From: a virus
Direction: 5' to 3' (one strand)
DNA: 64,000 bases
IMG/VR virus record: IMGVR_UViG_3300025789_001553
Span: 18,477 to 82,476 of that record
Part shown: in pieces, positions 57,728 to 64,000 of the stretch
How positions within the stretch are numbered: position 1 is the first letter of the stretch
Layout: each line of letters opens with the position of its first letter
Position numbers and translations under genes: made by a program
Notes under the pieces: model-generated
Databases searched by the model: none
What the model was told of the DNA's origin: nothing
Seen by the model: only the letters and a program-made list of their open reading frames with translations

Positions 57728-59848
57728 TTAGAAGTACATTTGATACCAAGTCGGTACACCACCCATTACCCCTGCATATACCCAAGTGATAGGTTGAGCT
57801 CCAAATTGTCCACCGAGCGGAACATAAGCTGCAATATAAGAAGCACCTTGACCAAATGGATATACTTGACCACCACCTTGGAATTGTAGTACAGCTACTT
57901 GTCCTGAGGCTGGTTTAAATATTAAGTAAGCTACTCCAGCCGGGGTTGAAGCTGTACCAGCTCCTGGATCCCACGTACCAGCACTGGTAGCTGTAAAAGT
58001 AAATCCTGAATAATTTTGTGATGCACCTACAGAAGACCAATTAGTATCGCCAGGTGTTACAATTGTATATACAGTACCCGGAACAAAATAACCGGCACTA
58101 ACTATATTAGTTATTGTGACACAAGGAGCACTAATAACATCCCCCACGTTTGGGCTTGAAGGAAATTCAACTACTATACCATACGTACTATTAGTGTGTA
58201 TTGGTCCATCATTTACAATAAGTGTTTTAGTACCACTACTAAACTGTTTACCGTATACAGTTTGAGAACTTAACGTTAAAGGCGAATTGCTATATAACCC
58301 TTCAACATTCCCAGTTAATGTATATGCAGTCCAATAATTATCAGCTTTTGTGCTTACAACTATAACATCAGAATAGTTAATAGATCCACTTCCTGTACCT
58401 GCTGCACCAGAATAACCTGATATACCGCTTGCACCTGCAGTACCAGAGTAACCTGATATACCGCTATAACCAGAAGCACCATTGGTACCGTTAGTACCAG
58501 AATAACCTGAGTAACCAGACTTACCTGAAAAACCTAAACCACTAAAACCGGATATACCAGACCAACCAGAATAGCCTGAAGTACCTGTAACTGATTTATT
58601 CCAAACAGCTGTATTAGTTAAAACTATACCTGGGTTGGTTGATGAAGCTAAAGCTACATATAAATTTTGACCGTTAGTAACAATGTCGTTAATACTATAT
58701 GTTTGAGTGTTGTCATATTGACCACGATAGTTGAAGCCTAAACTATCTATACCACTATAACCGGAGTAACCAGATATACCAGAGTAACCGGAAGTACCAT
58801 TTACACCTATTATACCGTTTATACCGGAATAACCACTAAAGCCTGAAAAACCAGAAATACCTGAATAACCGCTATAACCTGAAACACCGGAACCAGAATA
58901 ACCTGACCAACCACTATAACCACTCTTACCGGACATACCACTTATACCATTAGTACCATTTGTACCACTATAACCACTATAACCCGATACACCACTAACA
59001 CCATCGAAAACCGGTACACCACTTAAAAGGTATGTGCCAAGAATATTAAAATCACCATTAATAGTTGTGGTGGCGTCTATTATAACATCTGGACCGCTAT
59101 CAAATATACTACTATTACCTAAAGAATGGGCACCAGTCCAACGTGCTAAATAACCACTGGTACCATTGTTTGTACTACCAATTATTACTCCAGGAAATTC
59201 AACAACCACACCAGTTGTTGTACCTGTACCAATTAATACCGGTTTAATGACACTACCACTTGCAGTAGGAGCATCTGTTGTTATTTGACCGGGTACTGTG
59301 TCTGAAAGGTAATAACATGTAGCATCTTCAATACCAGTTAGTCCTGAAATATAACCATTAATAACATATGTGAATTCGCTACTATTTGCAGATTGTACTA
59401 CCCCTATAACTTCAGAAGTATTAATATCGTTTGCTAAAGCTAAATCGTAACCACCTGTTGTTTTATAAATTGCTTGACCTGCACTAAACGAATTTGTATA
59501 TGTTACAGATTGGTTGTTAGCGTTAAAGCCTGAATAACCAGATATACCAGACCAGCCACTAACACCCGAATAACCAGAGTAACCAGATGTACCACCACCA
59601 CCTGTTGAAAATATGTGTAAGTCAGTATCTGTCGTACCTGTATCGTACCAGTATATATAAGGCACACCTGCAATAATAAGACGAACCTGTAATGATTGAA
59701 ATCTTATTGCTTGAGGTATTGCTGCATTAGCTGCTGCTTTTGCTGCGGTTTCGTTTGGTCCATAATAAGGACCTGACCACGTATCAACCGGTACCGGGTT
59801 GACTGGTTGTATACCAAATGGAATTTCTAAGCCTGGAGTTAATGCCAT
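57728..59848 (-). CDS. Fibre/decoration protein with SG-X repeats
   Basis: SGYSG blocks; shares a ~110-aa domain with the 1802-aa fibre. Confidence 0.7.
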   Translation of the reverse strand: MALTPGLEIPFGIQPVNPVPVDTWSGPYYGPNETAAKAAANAAIPQAIRFQSLQVRLIIAGVPYIYWYDTGTTDTDLHIFSTGGGGTSGYSGYSGVSGWSGISGYSGFNANNQSVTYTNSFSAGQAIYKTTGGYDLALANDINTSEVIGVVQSANSSEFTYVINGYISGLTGIEDATCYYLSDTVPGQITTDAPTASGSVIKPVLIGTGTTTGVVVEFPGVIIGSTNNGTSGYLARWTGAHSLGNSSIFDSGPDVIIDATTTINGDFNILGTYLLSGVPVFDGVSGVSGYSGYSGTNGTNGISGMSGKSGYSGWSGYSGSGVSGYSGYSGISGFSGFSGYSGINGIIGVNGTSGYSGISGYSGYSGIDSLGFNYRGQYDNTQTYSINDIVTNGQNLYVALASSTNPGIVLTNTAVWNKSVTGTSGYSGWSGISGFSGLGFSGKSGYSGYSGTNGTNGASGYSGISGYSGTAGASGISGYSGAAGTGSGSINYSDVIVVSTKADNYWTAYTLTGNVEGLYSNSPLTLSSQTVYGKQFSSGTKTLIVNDGPIHTNSTYGIVVEFPSSPNVGDVISAPCVTITNIVSAGYFVPGTVYTIVTPGDTNWSSVGASQNYSGFTFTATSAGTWDPGAGTASTPAGVAYLIFKPASGQVAVLQFQGGGQVYPFGQGASYIAAYVPLGGQFGAQPITWVYAGVMGGVPTWYQMYF

Positions 59849-59849
59849 G

Positions 59850-60911
59850 TTACGAGAATGTTACTAATAGTTTATGCGAAGGACTATATGGTATAGCGTT
59901 CGTCATAGTATATAGGTTATAGGTAGTAGGAGTTCCACCCACTGTTATGCTTACCGTGCTTTGAGTGCTGAAGTGATCTGTCAAATCAACAAAGAATGCA
60001 TTTGCATCTATAATAGTTACTAAATTGTTTGCAGCAGGTAAAGCTACTGTAAAGTTGTTATAAGTCGTTCCTGTCCAGAAATTGAATGGATTTGCGCCAT
60101 TTGTGTACGTAGAACTTAAGGCTTGTACATCGCTTGAAGTAGTTGGTACAGCTGCAGAAGGACCAAAGTATATTACACCAGCCATACCAGTAGGTGTTGG
60201 AGTTGGAGTAGCTGTTGGTGTCGGTGTTGGGGTAGCTGTTGGAGCAGGAGTATGAGTTACTGTAGGTGTTGGTGTTACAGTAGGTGTTGGTGTAACTGTT
60301 GGTGTAGGAGTAGCTGTAGCTGTTGGAACAGGTGTACTTGTAGGTACAGGGGTTGGAGTTACTGTAGGCGTACTTGTAGGGGCCGGAGTCGGTGTATAAG
60401 TGACGACCGGTGTAGGTGTCGGGGTAGGTACCACACCACTAATAGCTAAATTAATAACTTGCTGTACAGTTAAACCTGAGGCAGGTATAACGTCTCCGTT
60501 TTTATATTGACCAAATGTATAACCTGGAGCTAAAGATACTGTCAAGTTTGACGGGAAAACATAATCCGAACCAGCTGCACCGGAGAAACCCGAGTAACCA
60601 GAAATACCTTGAATGCCTGGTATACCCTGTATACCTTGCGTACCACTATAACCAGAATAACCTGACGTACCACCAGGTGCGCCAGACGCACCGGAGTAAC
60701 CACTGTAACCACTAAAGCCAGAAATACCTGAACCACCACCGCCACCACCACTTGCACCGCTCCACCCAAATAATGCTGATAACGAAACAGCATATGACGT
60801 GTATGTACCGTCTCCGTTTGGTTGTTCAAGATAAATTAGGTCCTGTCCAGATAAACTTGGTACCGTTGGTAGTTCGTGAGGAAATATTAAATTTGGATAA
60901 TCTACGGACAT
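59850..60911 (-). CDS. Structural protein with SG-X, short collagen-like and Pro-Thr (mucin-like) repeats
   Basis: [13 protein letters not shown]; ~80-aa PT repeat at about 60190-60435. Confidence 0.7.
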   Translation of the reverse strand: MSVDYPNLIFPHELPTVPSLSGQDLIYLEQPNGDGTYTSYAVSLSALFGWSGASGGGGGGSGISGFSGYSGYSGASGAPGGTSGYSGYSGTQGIQGIPGIQGISGYSGFSGAAGSDYVFPSNLTVSLAPGYTFGQYKNGDVIPASGLTVQQVINLAISGVVPTPTPTPVVTYTPTPAPTSTPTVTPTPVPTSTPVPTATATPTPTVTPTPTVTPTPTVTHTPAPTATPTPTPTATPTPTPTGMAGVIYFGPSAAVPTTSSDVQALSSTYTNGANPFNFWTGTTYNNFTVALPAANNLVTIIDANAFFVDLTDHFSTQSTVSITVGGTPTTYNLYTMTNAIPYSPSHKLLVTFS

Positions 60912-60942
60912 GGAAGGAGGTAAATACTTATTGATACATCTG

Positions 60943-61878
60943 TTAGTTATTAGGACTCTTAGCTACTAAGTACGTGTTTGCGCCGGAAACTGCAACTGCA
61001 CCGGTAACTGTACCGGCTTGATTTGTGACACCAATTAACCTTACAAGTACATTAGTGTCTTCGTAGTCACCGTATACTAATGTATTGGATTGAGCGTTCT
61101 CTCTATAATCAAATACTTCTGCTGAAGGTTTATCAACAAATTGCGTATATTCTTTTGTTTCCAGTACTTTTGGTAAACTGTTAACTGGACCTTCATATTT
61201 GTTGTCATATACTTGATCCATTTTCTTTTCACGTGGAGCACTAAGTTCGTAATTCCATTCATAACGTTTCGCTTTTATAGTCCATATATAATGGCCCATA
61301 ATTTGGTTAGATTCTTCACCACCGGATTCATCAAGACGTTCTGTTATTTCAAATACTTTACCTGATCTACCATTAGGGCGGGTAGAACCGTATTCTGCTA
61401 ACTCTATGAGATCTCCTGCTTTAGGTTCGTAGTTATATGCAGAAAGCGCACCGCTAACTGCGGTAACCGTTGTTGTGAAAGTGTTTATACCAATCCAAGC
61501 CGTTAAATCTGCTTCACCCTGTAAACCGAATTTGCTTAATATAACATTATCATTACTTAACTGGATTGCCATTACCATTGGAATAGGTGGGGCATATCTT
61601 AATAATGTATGCTCTCCATATAGATAATCATGAGCGGATAAATTATAACCATTTATATAATAGTTAATTTGCTGCCCATATTGACTTATTTGTTCTTGCC
61701 ACCAACTATTGAATAAAGATATCTGCGCGCTGTTATCAGCAACATTAAGAAATCTAACACCGCTTGTTCCGTACGTACAATTGTATCCACCACTTAATTG
61801 ATCCCCAACACCATCAACACCTGGTGGTGTATATGTACCAGTATCAATACAATATTTAGATAGAAAAGACGCACACAT
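60943..61878 (-). CDS. Neck protein (gp14-like)
   Basis: YG....Y, LYGE, SKFGLQ..ADLT, PKAGDLI, FEITE. Confidence 0.75.
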   Translation of the reverse strand: MCASFLSKYCIDTGTYTPPGVDGVGDQLSGGYNCTYGTSGVRFLNVADNSAQISLFNSWWQEQISQYGQQINYYINGYNLSAHDYLYGEHTLLRYAPPIPMVMAIQLSNDNVILSKFGLQGEADLTAWIGINTFTTTVTAVSGALSAYNYEPKAGDLIELAEYGSTRPNGRSGKVFEITERLDESGGEESNQIMGHYIWTIKAKRYEWNYELSAPREKKMDQVYDNKYEGPVNSLPKVLETKEYTQFVDKPSAEVFDYRENAQSNTLVYGDYEDTNVLVRLIGVTNQAGTVTGAVAVSGANTYLVAKSPNN

Positions 61879-61936
61879 TAAAATTATTTACTATAATCTA
61901 TAGATTTACAGCCAGATATACTAAATAATATTGTAA

Positions 61937-62980
61937 ATGAAGATTAAAAACCTATCCGACCTCGGCGAACTTTATGGAAATATTGCCGCTGCTAATATTT
62001 CAGTTCCTGATGTAGTTAATGAAAAAGCTACTCAAGCTGTAGAACATACAGATACAAGTGTATATCTAACTGAGAACATGGTTAAGGCCGGAAGTGCACT
62101 CGGGGGCGGTCCTGGTGTTAAAAAGGTTGATGGTGCAGAAGTTACACCACCATTACCAAAAAGCGGTCCTGCTGGATTAAATCCAAAAAAGAGCGGCTTT
62201 AAGCCCGTAGATAAAATGGAAGATCCAGGCGCTGATGCTAAGAAAATGAAAGATGAAGAGGAAGGTAAAGAAGAGCATGAAGCAAAAGAAGGAGAAGCAG
62301 ATACAGAAGCAGAGAAAAATACTACTGCTAAAGAAAAAGTTAAAGAAACTGTAGCTGAAAACAATAAATATATCTACAAACCAAAGTTTACTATGTCAAA
62401 ATCAAAATTCGATCAACTATATGAGAACGCAATCAAAGGTGTTCCATTCAACGAAAACGAAGAAGCAATGATGCACGATGAAGAAGAAGCTGGTGTAATG
62501 CCTGCTACTGACGCAGCTGCAGATGGTGCTGAAATGGGCGGCGATGAAATGCAGCACGAAGAACTTCCTACACATGAGGAAGCTATTGAAATGCTTGAAA
62601 AGGTTCTTTCATTTTTAAAGAAAGATAAAGAAGTAGATGCTGAACACGGTGATTTACCTGATGAAGATCAAGAAATTGCTGGCCATACCGAAGATGAAGG
62701 AATGGTAGCTGAAGAAGTTGAAGCAGAAGACGAAGGTCATGTTTTAACTAAAGCTAATGGTTCCTTAAAGAAGGGTAATCCTGATTCAGTTAGCAAGCCA
62801 GTTGTAGCAAGTACAAAAGGTACAAACAAAGCTACAGGTGGTAAAGCTGAAGATGGTAAGATCCGTAATGAGCCAGAACCAAAAGAAGAGCACGGCGATA
62901 TCAAGAAACTTCAAAACACAAAGAAGTTTACAGCAGGTGCTACTAAAGAGCCAAAGGTTGGCGACGATCTCTTTGCTTAA
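61937..62980 (+). CDS. Acidic low-complexity late protein (prohead core/internal-protein-like)
   Basis: Glu-rich; TAAATA at 61922-61927; own terminator. Confidence 0.65.
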   Translation: MKIKNLSDLGELYGNIAAANISVPDVVNEKATQAVEHTDTSVYLTENMVKAGSALGGGPGVKKVDGAEVTPPLPKSGPAGLNPKKSGFKPVDKMEDPGADAKKMKDEEEGKEEHEAKEGEADTEAEKNTTAKEKVKETVAENNKYIYKPKFTMSKSKFDQLYENAIKGVPFNENEEAMMHDEEEAGVMPATDAAADGAEMGGDEMQHEELPTHEEAIEMLEKVLSFLKKDKEVDAEHGDLPDEDQEIAGHTEDEGMVAEEVEAEDEGHVLTKANGSLKKGNPDSVSKPVVASTKGTNKATGGKAEDGKIRNEPEPKEEHGDIKKLQNTKKFTAGATKEPKVGDDLFA

Positions 62981-63003
62981 GACTTAGACATAGTACAGTT
63001 TAC

Positions 63004-63032
63004 AAAGCCGTTAGCAATAACGGCTTTTTTTT
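63004..63032. terminator. Rho-independent terminator
   Basis: AAAGCCGTTA-GCAA-TAACGGC-T8. Confidence 0.85.
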
Positions 63033-63037
63033 ATGTA

Positions 63038-64000
63038 CTAAAACATTCCACCGTTTAAACGACCAGAAGCTGAATTGAAGTTCAGCGGCTTCCATCCCTG
63101 TGCGTATAACTCATCAACGTCAGAGTTATTGTCTTTACCGGCAAATATAGTTGGGTTACGTACTGTTGCATCTGGACTTTTACCTTTTTCGTACCTATTA
63201 TATAAATCTTTTTGGCTTGGTAGTTCAATATCACCCACACTAAACGGGTCCCAATCTAACGGAGCTATTTTTAGTGGTTTACCATTACCATCTCTTTCCA
63301 TTACTTCATAAAACTGTTCTACTACTTTAGTATCTAAAGCAAATAATGCCCATATTAAGGACTCTACTCTATCGTCTAAATAACGATCTGATTGTTTTTT
63401 CCACACACCATTGGCTTGTTTAACATATGTTTTAAACTCATTAATGGTTTCTTTGTCGTACAACTTAAGACACTTTAAAGTAGACATCCAATAACGTAAG
63501 TTTGCCATTGCATTGAACTTACTATTAGTGTGCGAGTATACGCCCATTCTATTATCTCTATCCGCCTTTTCAGTAAACGTACCCATACTCGGTGTGTACT
63601 TTATTAAGCTTTCATAATTGTGAGTATGTATTAATGCATCTATAACCTGAGCACCGCAATTATTGCGTTCTACTAACAAAGGTGGCCTTCCCCATTCGTG
63701 GGCTATTTCCACTAATTTCCCAGCAAAATTAAAAGGGTCAAGCTTGTTATTTGCGTACGTAGCGACCTGTTCTATATTGGTTAAATCCGTAATATCCAGT
63801 ACTTGAATAGCAGAGTTAGCTCTACCAATACCATCTCCAACGTCAACCCCAATTGTATAGAAATGTCTTGGTTTTCTTTCTACATAAATCTTATAGCATT
63901 CATCATCGCTTGTTAATATGGGTTCTGGAGCTGTTTTTTCGAACTCTAACATTAAGTCACTATCTAAAGCGTTTTCACCAGCTGCTCTAAATTCATTACC
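63038..64000 (-). CDS. Terminase large subunit (gp17-like), C-terminal nuclease part; start lies beyond the window
   Basis: IGVDVGDGIG, LVERNNCG, DDRVESL; frame stays open to the window edge (GNEFRAAGENALD...). Confidence 0.88.
   Translation of the reverse strand, partial: GNEFRAAGENALDSDLMLEFEKTAPEPILTSDDECYKIYVERKPRHFYTIGVDVGDGIGRANSAIQVLDITDLTNIEQVATYANNKLDPFNFAGKLVEIAHEWGRPPLLVERNNCGAQVIDALIHTHNYESLIKYTPSMGTFTEKADRDNRMGVYSHTNSKFNAMANLRYWMSTLKCLKLYDKETINEFKTYVKQANGVWKKQSDRYLDDRVESLIWALFALDTKVVEQFYEVMERDGNGKPLKIAPLDWDPFSVGDIELPSQKDLYNRYEKGKSPDATVRNPTIFAGKDNNSDVDELYAQGWKPLNFNSASGRLNGGMF

Noticed and set aside
1-64000. Stop-codon reassignment
   Set aside because: Conserved genes are full length in the standard code, TGA and TAG both end genes, and no suppressor tRNA is present

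Overview
64 kb from a large, AT-rich T4-like myophage (Caudoviricetes), probably infecting a diderm host. It reads in the standard genetic code. Layout: (i) 1-18.9 kb, + strand replication module (family B DNA polymerase, UvsX, gp41 helicase, gp32 SSB, gp45-like clamp, RNase H/FEN, DHH phosphoesterase, ClpP-like) interleaved with a 7-deazaguanine DNA-modification set (TGT/DpdA-like, PurN-like formyltransferase, dNMP-kinase-like, QueF, FolE). (ii) 19.9-21.5 kb, RNA cluster: tRNA-Gly, a tmRNA with a 28-codon tag, an unexplained ~105-nt structured element, and tRNA-Tyr/Trp/Glu. (iii) 21.8-31.6 kb, surface/glycan locus (FkbM methyltransferase, beta-barrel OMP, GT11, three GT25, GT4, GT60, Glf). 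(iv) 31.6-64 kb, mostly - strand morphogenesis (baseplate, tape measure, four tube-fold genes, sheath, gp3, gp14, 3' part of terminase) plus probable virion-packaged nucleotidyltransferases and very large Ser-Gly-X repeat fibres. All protein calls come from motif recognition by eye; no database search was run.
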